A stretch of DNA of 64,000 nucleotides from Monocercomonoides exilis PA203 (GCA_001643675.2 LSRY02000017.1:806001-870000); one strand, 5' to 3'; shown: positions 53,201-64,000, counted from the first letter of the stretch. Translations and numbers: made by a program. The notes: a model not told the origin generated them from the sequence alone.

Positions 53201-55222
53201 AATACAGAAGAAGAGATGTGCCGATGGGAAGGTTCTCTTGTGGATGTTGTGAAGAGTTCTATGATGATGAAAGACACAACAATATCGACTTCACCAGATG
53301 GTGGAATTACAATGAGTGGAGGAAATGTGAATATTGAAAAAGGAGAGTTTTTGAACAATAATCCATCCATTGAAGGATATCCATCACTGAGAAGAAACAT
53401 CATTTGTTCAGATTCAGGAACATTGAATGTGTTGAGTTTGAAAGGAGGAGATGGATTGAAGGATAATACTTCACTTTGGATGTTGAATGATGGGTGCAGT
53501 TTTGAAGGGATTGTTTCAGAAAGAGATTCATCGTTTTTTATTCCTGTTCTGGAGAGTGTGGAAGCAAAGGAAGAGACAGATAGAACGAAGCTGACATTCA
53601 AAGGATTGCTTCTTGTTCCATGCAATCTGTCATTCTCTGTTGTGAAGAGAAAAGGAGAAGAGAAAGAGATTGAAAAACATGATTTTGATTCAAATGGATT
53701 CTTGTCAGAAAGAGAAGCAGAAGGAAGTGTGGCAAAAGATTTTATCAGCAATTGCGGAGACGAAATTGAAGTGAGTGTGCACATCCTCTTTGGAAATGCA
53801 GAGTCTCCTTCCTCAACACAGCCATTTGTTCTGAAGAATGCAAGCGAAACAAAGGGAAATGGAAATGAAAGGATTGTTGAAGGAGGAAAAGAACAAAAAT
53901 CATGGGCTTTAATAATTTCAATCATATTTGTTGTTTTGTTCTTGATAGTTCTTGTTGTGTCTATTATCCTGGCTGTTCGATGGAGAAAGCAAAAGAGAAG
54001 AACAGAGGAGTTGGAAATCATTGTGGAAGACACAGTGAAAAAGGATCCGAAGCTGATTGAGATGGTGACAATGGAGATGTCTCCCGAGGAGCAATGGAGA
54101 AGAGCGGAGAGAGAGGCAGAGAGGAAGAACGATGAAAGGATCAAGAAGAGGGTGTATGCGAAAAGCTTGGGACACTCTGAGTCATCAGAGCATTTGCTGA
54201 GCGAGAGTGGATCAACTGAATTCATTCTGGGAAGAGACTCAGACAAGATTCCTGAATGGGCATTGGAGAAGGTTGAGGAAGAAGAGACAAGAAAGAGAAC
54301 GCCATCTCCCTCTGTTTCATCCACTTCAACCACAGACACTTCAGACACAGATTCCACATTTGTTCGTGGAGAGGATTTGTGCCCAACAACCTCGTCGATG
54401 TCAAACTTAGTGGATGCCATGGCATGTTCGTCTCCACATGAGAAGCTGATTGTGGATCTGAGAGATTCGCTGTTCATGCTGTTGCACGGAAGGAATGAGA
54501 AGAAGGAAATGCCGATTGGCTCTTTGGAGGAAAGGGTGATGACAGCTGCCCAAATCCTGTTCTGGGTGGCGAATGGAGTCATTCACTCCTTTGATGAAAT
54601 AGAAAACCCTCTTCAATCGCTGACCAATCTGAGTCCTCACATTGTGTTGTTCTCCGAGCACATGGTCATCTGCATCGTGATGCATTCAGACATTTCTTCT
54701 GATGATAGTTCAGATTCCTCATCCATCTCTTCATCAACTATTGCGACATCTGCCAGCGATGATGAATCCCTTCCTTCATCTGCCTTTGAGGATGAGGACG
54801 ATTTCAAAAAAGAGTGTCTGAGGTGGAAGGCACCTGAGCTGCTGGTGAACAAGAAGATGGGAGCGACAAAGAAGTCGGTGGTGTTTTCGATTGGGATGAT
54901 GGCGTGGGAGTGTCTGACGCTTCAGATCCCGTTTGGGGAGTATGAGGCAGAGGTGGCAGGGCAGAAGATTGTGAATGGGGAGAGGCCTGGGGCAGAGGAG
55001 ATTGAGGGATGCGAGCTGAGCAAGGGGGTGAAAGCGTGCTTGTTGCAGAATGGAGAGGAGAGGCCAGGGCTGATGGATGTGAAGCGGGAGCTGTTTGGGC
55101 ACTTCCCGGCCGGGGGTGTGATGGTCACAGTGACTGATGCGATTGGGCTGGAGGTTGGGTCGGGGGATAGAGATGGAAGTGGGGAAAGTGAAGCTGAGAG
55201 TGGAGATTCGTTGATTCGATGA
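47273..55222 (+). CDS. Giant single-pass receptor-like protein: beta-helix/POMP-like GGA(I/L) ectodomain, TM helix, degenerate TKL-type kinase domain
   Basis: 2649 open codons. Repeated GGAL/GGAI/GGG(I/V)Y..F..N.A..G.D and CG....PC motifs. Hydrophobic WALIISIIFVVLFLIVLVVSIILAV followed by RWRKQKRR (~53903-54000). C-lobe motifs LRWKAPE, VFSIGM.AWE..T...PF, G.RP and ERP. The true start is unresolved because of an upstream TGA. Confidence 0.88.
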   Translation: MDSFDENSQKFEWCEWNNSNSGSSDGGALCVVCENANLEITSCSFNKCSASDHAGALYCNSLLKIDITKSNFTSCSAAHGGAVHTYHPQSYSIYHISENKAESCSITYWCGTGWYLNMGSTPTSAQFLFSKCKCISNTGVDSAGSLAFNYPPNNQPNQFSINECQFINNKLTASSSFGGAAIYLYSTFPWMSGTKFISFCFFDINTAANGRGNDVFFNGNDITQSPFEQCESTTPTERVWNAETADNVEYNGWLTLIASQKIVANGGSNIYVCGKSMQIPCATIEYALSFFIPFQEASLTLLSSSFAPTQTLSFLAAHTKIIGNGTDATTIASSGIPQPPNSPSQSSQSASSFSSFSSSSLSTSSSPDPSASSALFQQTQGSLTVSALAISHNSSNQITPILFHLSDNSPSLNLNTTTITGTTPSSSSITTPLFFLTAGSIALNHTAITQLSLNSQSIFHLTSLTNPLTLNSSNITDITSTATPASCVLSSATSPALSISLANCTITNINSEQLSQQTATDGGCISFASSASANTFSVSNTIFSTCSVSEDASSGGRGGALMIEFNEGSQVSESSFSIINIAFSANKACVGRDMYFVCESFVASVKEPLFAFMGSITQKDNSVVGHDRTQMFCDWDVNLFIFLDGCFANKVFVDGKEGIEEMYCGLEKAPCKSVNYGMGHLKKTQNIKQEVIVISNSSLTGSVDVGWMSVKAKTETVVCVECQREVSGSEECVLKSTSPTEMKFIGIVVPSSFSRTISAVIESSTQNGELHMKNCAMNVVGGKQNTVGYFLIKSTGKMVELDSVTISEVKSTVSLFSFSPSSGRMNEQEYKVKLLNCTLKELEIDNEETEEGEAAVLGGNVGVGMVINGSRIEGAVSEKSKNGGALKIVFGEGGYVTIEESSFDGCICENGSEGGRGGGIYLDCSLNEGGFQLSSISFSGCRAAIGKNMFVKSSSLVNSVKIERFAIVNTDYVEDGNAFVGEDGKYGEMDLRMFLVSLKWMVVSVSKDGHDTLGCGNEIFPCQSMKSGIDHIDRSETEGERKVNVRDDEAMEDAYSFSKAVVIDGCVNEGDDVKHRLVHFEETINGDSASSSSVISSSNSLILLSLKLQVPSQFVSNMNSLISSSGVLQLKYCLFDIQSSDIIQYSLITTTSGSCALKGCSLTDCSFVECPLEMNSSVFIENSNFSNIVNTVSKEGGVAKVTLKGNEKLEIKSTNASSCSLLTTNGKGGFLYLDCQNCLNETPFLLEGVTFDSNKADIGKNMFILGKDFNISVTNDSFKFDYSSMKDDETLFVGSDGTHSNKDLFMFLVPFKSFEIFISSSGFDVARCGSEEEPCFTMWKGIENIENEVGRKTVQIEGSTIIRDSFDLSNYQIKKSVKMGEEDTKTTLNFEKAIGSQLEYFMENDIHLELANIQLQLTSGFDNSAKTVISNRGGDLVITECSFHSEAEVNNGYDCVLVDVIGGSVEVNVLSIESCNVGNSLFTIHDSGVSCHLVNVRVELLNESGGCILSIKKSEPGSKLKNKNEKINLQIEKSSFSGVKRSDNGASILESASEKRICLVVNESNIAEDKAELSEKGGAIFFTLGASGSMNMIDSAISHCSCSDSTGRGGGVYLATKERGDLNFAFVGMKFSANTASVGNDIFIECFNITSQINESQFQFDLREGRYTRFNAIYGRDSCEYPNDTNLIAFVTIHQSDTIIVSSLNGTDDRQCGTNTLPCDSIEHGLVHLTSDFISQMFVVEESVIGDEMNLKEMSLSSKNREMCEVEVKSGIERTRETLVATDGSVSMLRIGFVFDSNFISSHESLISPEGGILEIMNCSFTSKQSADGERNEAFANIPFHIIKMEKGELQLDGCAISNIIFHESALHLSSFSPSVIYSLSISNSTIKTSLIDINECGQLNMDRLKVENITVEGNEESLISCLSMKKTMQLTNCTIDGVSSKTIKGKLMKVEDCTDVKMDSCVFDGSAKEINEKNSNTEEEMCRWEGSLVDVVKSSMMMKDTTISTSPDGGITMSGGNVNIEKGEFLNNNPSIEGYPSLRRNIICSDSGTLNVLSLKGGDGLKDNTSLWMLNDGCSFEGIVSERDSSFFIPVLESVEAKEETDRTKLTFKGLLLVPCNLSFSVVKRKGEEKEIEKHDFDSNGFLSEREAEGSVAKDFISNCGDEIEVSVHILFGNAESPSSTQPFVLKNASETKGNGNERIVEGGKEQKSWALIISIIFVVLFLIVLVVSIILAVRWRKQKRRTEELEIIVEDTVKKDPKLIEMVTMEMSPEEQWRRAEREAERKNDERIKKRVYAKSLGHSESSEHLLSESGSTEFILGRDSDKIPEWALEKVEEEETRKRTPSPSVSSTSTTDTSDTDSTFVRGEDLCPTTSSMSNLVDAMACSSPHEKLIVDLRDSLFMLLHGRNEKKEMPIGSLEERVMTAAQILFWVANGVIHSFDEIENPLQSLTNLSPHIVLFSEHMVICIVMHSDISSDDSSDSSSISSSTIATSASDDESLPSSAFEDEDDFKKECLRWKAPELLVNKKMGATKKSVVFSIGMMAWECLTLQIPFGEYEAEVAGQKIVNGERPGAEEIEGCELSKGVKACLLQNGEERPGLMDVKRELFGHFPAGGVMVTVTDAIGLEVGSGDRDGSGESEAESGDSLIR

Positions 55223-56303
55223 GTGGAAAAGGTCTGGATGTTTCGAGGCATTTGATAAAGTCATTTGTGCATAACTTTTCTTTTGAAGAGTTCAGTTGGA
55301 AGTTAAAACAGAAGGATTTACTTTGGAAATGGAGTGAAAAGCAAATTGAATGTGTATGATGTTTTGTATGTGTATGTTCATGAATTTTGGATTGAATCTT
55401 TCAGGACTTGTGGTCTTCTGAAAGATTGCAGAAAATGCAAATTGGATTGACAAACAAATTGTTAAAGCTGTGTAATACTAATATTTATATTATTGCATTT
55501 TGTTTCGTATTAACTTTGTGATTTTTTTGCTGAACACCATTTTCAATCATTGTGACAATTGGGGAGGAACAATGATTGAATGCTGTTCTTTCACTGAAGT
55601 TCTCTTTCACTTTCTTCTTTTTATATTTTGCATATTCCTTTATTTTTTCATGGTTGCAATCTGTTTTTGTTGGTTGGGGATGAAATGTCATTTTTTCGTT
55701 TTGTTTGTTTTTGTTTTGTTCTTATTTTAATACCAGCAACGTTTTGAAGATATTCTTATTTTTTGATAATTCATTTTGCATATCCATGCTTTTGTGAGAT
55801 TTTTTTGTTGAGGAGAAAATTTTTGCGTTTTGTCTGCATGTTTTATTTGAAGCAGTTTTTTTTTTTTTTTTGATCGAACAAATAGAAATTATGAATATTT
55901 ATACAAAAAAGAGTTTTGGATGATATAAGTGTTAGATGAGAAAATGCACCATTTTTTCATCATTTTTCCTTTCCAAAATTTAGCAATTATCCCATTATTC
56001 CAACGTTGAAACAAAATGTCCTTTGAGTTTGTTGAGCCAAAAACTTTATTTTTGCGTGAAAAGTTTATGAATAAAATCTTGATATGAAAAAAAATTTTTT
56101 ATTGAAAAATCTATTTTTCAAAATTAAAAACATAAAAAATTGCGAAATTCAAAAGAGAGTGGTAAGACTACAAAATGTGGATGTAGCAAAATATCTAGAG
56201 TACAATTTCCAACATTGATTATAAGAAAAATAACAACAAGCATACTCATTGTTTTTGTAATTCTATTCACCGGATCACAAAATATCTTTAAAAGTTCACT
56301 TCT

Positions 56304-59300
56304 TTATTTCTTCAAATTTTGTAATTTTTTCCTTTCTTTTTGCCTTTTTCGGGCTTCTCGTTTTTTTCGTCTTTTTTCTTCATCTTTTGTGTCTACTTCA
56401 TCATTTGCATCTTTTTCCTCTTCTGATTCTTCGTTTTCTTCCTTTCCCTCTTCTTCTCTTTTCTTCTTCTTTTCTTCTTCCAGTTTCCTCTTTGCTTCTT
56501 CGGCTTTTCTGACTATCTCTTCCGCTCTTTTCCTTTCCTCTTCCTCTCTTCTCTTCCTCTCTTCTTCCTTTTGTCTTCTTTCTTCATCTTCTTTTTTCCT
56601 TCGTTCTTTTTCTTTTTCTTCCTCTTTCTTTCTTTTTTCTTCTTCTTCCCTTCTAATTCTTTCTTTTTTCTCTTTTTCTTTCTTCTTCCTCTCTTCTTCT
56701 ACCTTTGCTCTTCTTTCTTCTTCCTCTTTCCTCTTCCTTTCCTCTTCCTCTTTCTTCTTTCTCTCTGTCTCTTCTTTTCTCAATCTTTCTTCTTCCTTCT
56801 TTCTTCTTTCATCTTCTTCTTGCTTTAATCTTTCTTCCTTTTCTCTCTTTAATCGTTCTTCTTCTTCCTTCTTCCTCTCTTCCTCTTCTTTTTTCAAACG
56901 CTCTTCGATCTCCTTTTTCTTTTTTTCTTCGGCTTCTTTCTCTTTTCTTTCTTCCTCAATCCTCTTCAATTCTTCCTCCTTCCTTTTCTTCTCTTCGATT
57001 TCCTTCTTCTCCTCTTCTGCTTTCTTCTTCAGAGCTTCTTCTTTTGCCTTTCTGAGTCTCTCTTTTTCTTCTCTCAAAATACGTTCTTCTTCTTCCTTCT
57101 TCTTCCTATTCTCTTCTTCTTTTTTAATTCTTTCTTTTTTCTCTTTTTCTTTCTTCTTCCTCTCTTCTTCCGCCTTTGTTCTTCTTCCTTCTTCCTCTTT
57201 TCTCTTCTTTTCCTCTTCTTCTTTCCTTTTTCTCTCTTTCTCTTCTTCTTCCTTTCTCTTTCTTTCTTCCTCCTTTCTCCTTCTTTCCTTTTCTTCTTTG
57301 CGTTTTCTCTCTTCCTCTTCTTTCTTCAATCTTTCTTCCTCTTCTCGTTTCAACCTCTCTTCTTCTTCCTTTCTTTTCCTCTCTTCCTCTTCTTTCCTTA
57401 TTCTCTCTTCTTCATCCTTCCTTTTTCTTTCCTCCTCCTTTCTAATTCTCTCTTCTTCTTCTTCTTTCTTCTTCTTCTCTTCTTCTTCTTTTCTTAGCCT
57501 TTCTTCTTCTTCCTCCTCCTTTCTCTTCTTTTCTTTCTCTTCTTCTTCAATTTTGCCATTTTCTTCTTTTTTATTTGTTTTTGCATCAATCTTCTCATCA
57601 CTCGCCTTCTCCATTTTTTCATCAGCTTTATCTTTAGATTGAACAAAGCCATTTGCCTCTCCCTTTTCTTCTTCCTTCTCCGTTTTTTCATTCTCTTTCT
57701 TGCTTTTCTTCTCTTCCTCTTCTTCTCCAACTCCAATGAACTCATCATCATCGTGCATCGTTGTGTCATTCTCTGCTTTCCTTTTCGCTTTCATCTCCGC
57801 CAAAATCGCCTCTTCTTCTTTCAGCTTCTTCTCGCTTTTCTCCTTCTGCTTCCTCAGCTTCTTCAGTCGCTTCATTTCCTCCAAAAACTCCTTCTTGTTC
57901 CTTTCCACTTCCTCCTTCTCGTTCTTCCTCCTTTCCTTCAGGTCTGCCAGCTGCCTCTCCTGCTTCTCCATCCTCTCCAGCTCCTCCCGCAGCTTCTGCG
58001 CCCGATACTCGCGAATCGCCTCTGCCTTCTTCTCTTCCTCAATCCGCTTCGCCACAAGCTCCAGCGCCTTCCTCCTCTCTTCCCGCTCAAGCAGCTGCCG
58101 CACCCCCAAAATGCCTCCCTTCCGCGCTTTGTCTTCCGACGCAGGCGAAGACGCTACTGAAGAAGAGGACGACAAAAGATGCGGGTTTTCTCCGTTCCGC
58201 ACACGCTGCTCCAATTCCTCTGCTTTCTGTCTCAGCAGCACCTCAAAGGGAAGCCTGCGTGTTTCTGGAGAGGAAGAGGAAGATAGAGAAGACGAAAGGA
58301 CTTCAGAGAAATCGCTCCAGAATGTGGAAGTGGCAGGAATAAGAGACAAATAAGGCGAATACAAAGGAGAAGATGCAGAAGAATAAGCTGGCGATTGAGG
58401 GGTGCTTGAGTACAAAGGAGGAGGCAGAGGAGGAAGAGGGAAAGAGAGAACGGTGTGTGGCTGTGGGCGAGTGCTGCGAATGATGTCGCAGATGGAAGAG
58501 ACAACAGCTGGCGTACAGACACATGGAAGAGGAGAAGGGAATGGCAAAGACTACGAGGAGAAGGATTATTGTTTGAATAACATGAATTTTTGAAAGTTGA
58601 ATGGGAAGAAAATATAAATCGAAAAATGTTAGATATAATAAACTGTTAATCTAAAAAGAAAAAAGTTTACAAAATAGATAAAAATACAACATCTCTTCTT
58701 CAATAAAGAAGAAAAGATCTGTCTATAAAAAATAATTCTCATACATATTTTGTGTCCTTCAACTGGATTGCTTCTATTTCCTTTCGAATGTCACTCCAAC
58801 AGTCAACAAACAGAGATAGTCCAAAAATAACTGCTTTTTCGCAGAATTTGGCAACATGAGAAGAATTCAAGATGATAGAAGGGGTGGAAGAGGAAGAATT
58901 CGAAGAGGCAGAAGCAGAAGCAGAAGCAGAAGAAGAAGAAGAAGAAGAAGAAGTTTGTGAAGCGAAAAGTGGTTTTGTGGTAGATTCAGAGAAGATGTCA
59001 TCAGTATGCTGAACAGCCATCCTTATTTTCTGCAGGTGCTGCTCCATCTTCTTAATCTGATTGTCCACTGCAGCCTTTCTGTATTGGATGTCTGTCTTTA
59101 TCTTCCCCAGCTCCTCGTCCTTTTTCGTCGTCCAAATCAGCTCCAGCTCTTCCAACTCTTCGTCTTCTCTCCTGTCTCTCTCATTCATCGCTTTTCTTCT
59201 CCTCGCTCTCTCCTTCACTTTCTCTTTCTCTGCTTTCTCTTTCTCCTTCGCCTCTTTCTCTTCCTCTTTCTCCATCTTCTTCCGCAGCTTCTCCAACAGC

Positions 59301-59745
59301 TTAGCATCTCCTCCTGCTTCTTTCACTTCATCTTCTTTGGCCTTCATCTTCTGTTGCTGAGCTGCCCTTTCGTCTTCCCTCTGTTTCAGCAGCATCTCAA
59401 TCAGCTCAATCTTCTTCTGTTCTTTGTTCCCTGCCCTCTCATTCTCCTCTTTCTCCTTCAGCGACATCTTCACATTCATCGAGAATTTGTTGTCCAGCCG
59501 TTCAATAACGACGTCTGCAATTTCTGAAGAGAAAGGCAGCAGAATGTCAGCAAGAGAGCGAGAGAGAGAAGTGAGAAGAGGGAAATGCCTGTGGAAGTGG
59601 ATGAATGTGATGGGCGGGGTGGACTTGCTGGAGAGGAGATAGCGAGAGGAGATGGAGGGAATAGGGATGGGATTGGATGGTGAAGGGGATGAGGGAGGTG
59701 AGGGAGATGATGGAGATGCAGAAGAAGCAGATGTGGAAGAAGAAG

Positions 59746-59802
<57 letters not shown>

Positions 59803-62106
59803 CATTTGATGTGATTGATGTTGATTCTGCAACAACTTCTGTTGCAGATGTTGTTGATGATGAGGATGAAGACAACGATGAAGGAAGCAATGAAGCATTC
59901 GCTGCATCTGTTGATGATAACTCCTCTTTTTGAGGCTGCTCAGCTGATTGTGCTTCTTTGCCTTCTTCATCAGCATCAGCTTCTTTTTGTGCTGTTGCAT
60001 TTTCCTTCAGTTTGTCTTCGTCCATCTCCACAGAAACAGTCATGTTTGTGGCAGCTTCACTTTTCATTGGTTCTTCAACTTTGTTCTCTTGTTCTTTGTT
60101 CTCCTCTGTTTCTTTGGCCTTTTGCCCTTCTTTCTTTTCATTCTTTTCTCCTTTTTCCTCTTTGACATTCTCCTTTTCTTTCTCATTCTCCACTGTTTTC
60201 CCCTTCCCTTTCCCCTTCCCCTTTTTCTCCGCCCCCAGCTTCCTCTTAAACGCCTCCTCTGATCCATACGCCGTAGCAAACAAGGACACAATCAGCTGCA
60301 GTGACGCGAGGTGCAGACACGGCAGCGACAGCACAGCGCGTGTGACTGCGCGCAGATAGAGCGACTTCATCAGGGCCATCTGCTGCATCGGCAGCATCTC
60401 GCTCAGATGCCTCTCCAGCTTCTGCAGCACGCGCCTGTTTGGCAGCTGGTTGTCCTTCTCGTCGGGGTCTTCCTGCTCCATCGCAATGCTGAAGACCTCC
60501 AGCAGCCAGTCTTCCTCTCTGTCGCTCACATAGCTCGGATCTTCAAATCCAGTGGAAGGCTGCTCTTCTTTGCTTGCTGTGTTTGCTTCGTCTTTCCCTT
60601 CCTCTGCTTCTTTTTCTTTTTCTTTTTCTTTTTCCTTTGCATTTTTAGCTTCGTTTATTCGCTTCCATTCTTCTGTTCTTCGTTCTCTCTGTTTTTCTCT
60701 CAGCCTTCCTTTTGCTATCGCCTCCACCAGCTGAGCAATGGAATGGGGTGGAATCAGCGGAGGAGCCAGGCACTTCACAAACAAGCCGAGAATACACACA
60801 AGAAGAGGAAGCTGCGTCTCTGAAGGAAACTGAAACAGCGGATCTATTGGGAAATGGATAATTCAAGTGCGTTGTGTGAAAATTTTTGGAAAAAAAAAGG
60901 TGCATTTTGATAGAATGGACAGGGAAAGCCCAATAAATAGTTTTTTTTTCAGGAATAAAGAGAATAATAAAGAAAAGGAAAAAATGTTTGATTAGAAATT
61001 GAAGGACAAAAGAATGTTCACAAGTTTACAAACCAAAAAGCAGTTGTTCGATGGAATGAGACACAAGTGATTGATAAGCAGGAGTTGTTGGATGGCAAGA
61101 ACCACTCAACAGGGTGGCAGGCCGTTGGATAACTGAATAAAAGAAGAAAGAGAGAATAAATATGGTTCAATTATTTAAATGAATATCTCAAAAAATATTT
61201 CAAACAAACAAACAAATAAAAAAATTTTTTCTTTAAAAAATAACTTTCCATAAATGAAAATGGAGTAAAAAATGCTTTTTATGAAATGGTAGCACACCAC
61301 TACTTCGAATCAGTGCAGAAATGATAGATAACAGGAAAAATGGAATGTACTCCGAGGAAGCAATTGTGTGCAAATTGACCTCTTCATGGGAAAGATTGCT
61401 AAGAGAAAGCCAAAAATCAAAACTTAAAAATGAAGGCATTGTGACTGAATCATTTTTCTTAAGATTTAGTGGCTTTGAGATTCTGTAAAGGCATGCAGGA
61501 AGCTTTGCCTCGTTGGGATTGATAAATTGATCCAATTCCGCAACTGTATTTAAAAAACATAGCTTTTTTTTAAAGTCATTGGCTAAAAATAATTGAACAA
61601 ATCCAAATGCCGAACCCTGAATACCATTTGGACCAATAATGTAAATTTTTTGGAGATTATTCTTTGCCTATGTTTGAAAGCATAAAATACACAATGAAAA
61701 AAAAAGCAACAAAGAAAACCTGTTGTGTAAGTTGTCTGTACATGGAAAAAAATTGATTTAATGACAAATAAAATTCATTCGTTTGGTAAAAAGTTGTAAA
61801 AATAATGATATATGGTTCTGTAATTGCTTGATGGATTGTCATAAAGAAAAAGTCGAATAAGATATCCTTATCAACAAGCATATCTACAGTATGCGCTGTT
61901 ACAACAACAACTTTATTACCTATTTTATCACGTCCCGCTAGATATACAGGTCGTAAAGGTAATACTGTTGAAAAATTCCATTTTTTCGAATTGTGTAATT
62001 TTCTCAAAGATTCTTCATCCAATTGGGATTTCAGTTCAACTTGATGATTTTCAATTAGATTTTCATTATTTAACGTTGAAGATTGTTCGTGTTCATTTGT
62101 CGCCAT
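56304..62106 (-). CDS. Multi-exon gene: BCH/CRAL-TRIO_2 domain, divergent RhoGAP-like domain, long K/E/R coiled-coil tail (ARHGAP1/8-like architecture)
   Basis: Exon 1 has VYLAGRDKIGNKVVVV..EPYIIIF. A 52-nt intron (61719-61668) yields AKNNLQKIYIIGPN..FKKKLCFLNTVAELDQFI..KLP (BCH C-terminus). Then IPFFLLSIISALIRSSG, LGLFVKCLAPPLIP and VLSLPCLHLASLQLIVSLF resemble RhoGAP helices. ORFs 58739..60799 and 56304..58547 are separated by an AT-rich intron-like gap. Joining all exons is inferred. Confidence 0.68.
59748..59801. repeat. (GAT)n microsatellite encoding poly-Ser
   Basis: Read directly. Confidence 0.95.
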
Positions 62107-62305
62107 GGAAAATCAAAAAAAGAAATAAAAATATGCTTATTATGGAAGAGGAATATTTTTCATCAATTGTTATTGTATTATCTTCTTTGTATTTCTAATT
62201 TTTTTGAATTGCTAATAAATGTCATTAGCTATCTCAATTGATCAAAGCCCATACCACGAAGCAATAGTTTTTGTTGAAGTATTATTGAATAGATTTATTG
62301 GATCA

Positions 62306-62906
62306 ATGTCTGAAATTATAAAGATTACGACTGGAGATGGAAAAACACTTGAAGTTGCGAGAGAAGTTGCAATGGTATTTTATCTCAAATGTATTACTTC
62401 GTAAAAGAAAATTATCAATACTTTATTATTTTAAGATGTGCGGGTCAATTCAACGTGCAGCTGAATTTGCAAGTTCAGATGATACAATTGATTTTCCAAA
62501 CATAAAGTCAGCTGAACTTTCTCGAATTTTTGAGTATTGCGAATATCATAATCGTGCAAATCACTCCGAAGGGGTAAACGAAGCAGATGTAAAGGCTTTT
62601 GATGCAAATTTTGTAAAAATGGATAAAGGATTGCTTTTTGCTGTTGTTGTCGCTGCTAATTTTTTGGATATCAAGCCTTTGCTCGATCTTTGCTGGTATA
62701 ACATATTTTGTATTTTTGTAAAAAAACTTTCAAATTTGTTGAAAATGTTTTAACTTTGATAAAATGAATATTTCAGTGCTGCGATAGCAAATTCATTAAA
62801 AGGAAAAACTCCCGAAGAAATCCGTAGAGAATATAACATTGAAAATGATTTGACACCTGAAGATGAAGAAGAAATTAAGGCTGAATCAGCATGGCTATAT
62901 CAATAA
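62306..62906 (+). CDS. SKP1: S-phase kinase-associated protein 1 (SCF adaptor), three exons: 62306-62374, 62436-62695, 62777-62906
   Basis: [13 protein letters not shown]; [19 protein letters not shown]; [72 protein letters not shown]. Both GT-AG introns keep the frame. Confidence 0.97.
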
Positions 62907-63203
62907 TAAATTGTGTTATTTTATAGCACGCATCATCTTGGAAAGTTTTTCTTGCATTAACAATCGTTTTATCGATCATAATTTGATTTTTTTTTTTCAA
63001 AGAGTATTTTGACAGTCAGAGTAAAATTTCAAATCACATTAGCCTTTTTTAACATGTTTGAGCATTTTTAAAATAAGGAATCACTTTATATTTTCATTTT
63101 CGTGAACTGTATTATTATGCATTCAAAAAATGAATATGGGATTTCAAGTTTAGTTTCCAGAATTAGATAAAAGCCGATCGCTTTTCTGTCGATCTGCACT
63201 TTA

Positions 63204-63746
63204 ATGGATGCACAATTGCAGATAAAAGTCGATGAAGATTTGCCAATGATGGATATGCACAACTTAATTAGTAACAACAAACTTTTTTTTTTTTTTTCGT
63301 GAAAAATAGAGTGCAATAATAGTATGTCGTGGTACAATCCGAAGGTATCGTCATCCTTAGATCTTAATGAAATTTTGTCAGAAATTCAACAATGCACTGT
63401 ACTTGATTATTATGCTATTGTCGCATGTCGGAAGTTAATGGTTTTGGAAAAAAATTGTTTTCTAATTTTTGTGATCAAAAAAATGATTAGGAATAAAAAT
63501 ATTTATTGCAATATATTTCCATCAAATTTTAATGAAAAAAGTTGTATTTGATAAAAATGGTGAAAAATGATTAATAATAATTATTATTAGGGTTCATATT
63601 CAGATGCACTTTTAACATTTCCTGCTCCATTGTCACTTTCTGACTCTGTTTTCTTTCCTTTAACTTTTTCACCAAAATTATTATCTATATGGGACAAAAT
63701 ATTTGACTTCAGGCATATTCATAGAAAAAATATTTACTTTTCATAG
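63204..63746 (+). CDS. Probable spliced hypothetical gene (exons 63204-63270, 63310-63440, from 63591); 3' end uncertain
   Basis: Two GT-AG introns join MDAQLQIKVDED.., ..MSWYNPKVSS..CRKLM and GSYSDALLTFPAP.. in frame. Confidence 0.45.
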
Positions 63747-64000
63747 ACTTTTTGAGGAAAAAAAACACAATGAAAATGGGTTCATTTTTTGACATTCGTG
63801 AAATGTTGGAAATTTTTGTGTTTTTTTTTCAACGATGCCTGTTGAAGGAAATGAAAATCAAATATATTTTGAAATCTGATAAAATTTAATAATGTTATAA
63901 GTGAAACAATTTTTTCATGCTTTGTGCATAAAAAGCTTGAAAGTCCATATTTTACCCCATATGAGTGATTATTTTTGAAATAATATATTTCTTTGGAATG

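Noticed and set aside
52903-54582. 559-aa minus ORF and other long antisense ORFs (48283..49122, 56140..57642)
   Set aside because: Shadow frames of real genes on the opposite strand, caused by biased codon use.
63689-63716. Short similarity (TGGGACAAAATATT.GACTT.AGGCA) to the reverse complement of ~15222-15248
   Set aside because: Only ~27 bp of AT-rich sequence, inside a probable exon; cannot be separated from chance.

Overview
AT-rich eukaryotic DNA with short GT-AG introns and the standard genetic code. The large GGA(I/L)-repeat transmembrane pseudokinase suggests an oxymonad such as Monocercomonoides (inference only). The first ~46 kb is a graveyard of transposons and pseudogenes: a disabled host USP deubiquitinase gene, three diverged copies of a Sola-like DDD transposase family, an apparently intact intron-containing pogo (DD35D) element with TIRs, a degraded Merlin/IS1595-type element, several MITEs and a foldback element. 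The last ~17 kb holds host genes: a 2649-codon receptor-like pseudokinase ORF, a multi-exon BCH + RhoGAP-like + coiled-coil gene, SKP1 and a probable small spliced gene. Three observations stand out. (i) In two diverged copies a ubiquitin-specific protease (C19) domain lies in the same coding unit as the Sola-like transposase; it is clearly in frame in copy 3 and remnant in copy 2. (ii) A ~1.3-kb apparently perfect inverted duplication puts identical pogo ends around both the pogo transposase and the USP-transposase. (iii) A compact GC-rich, cUUCGg-capped multi-helix RNA candidate starts directly after the USP-transposase stop codon. All alignments and folds were done by eye; no searches were run.
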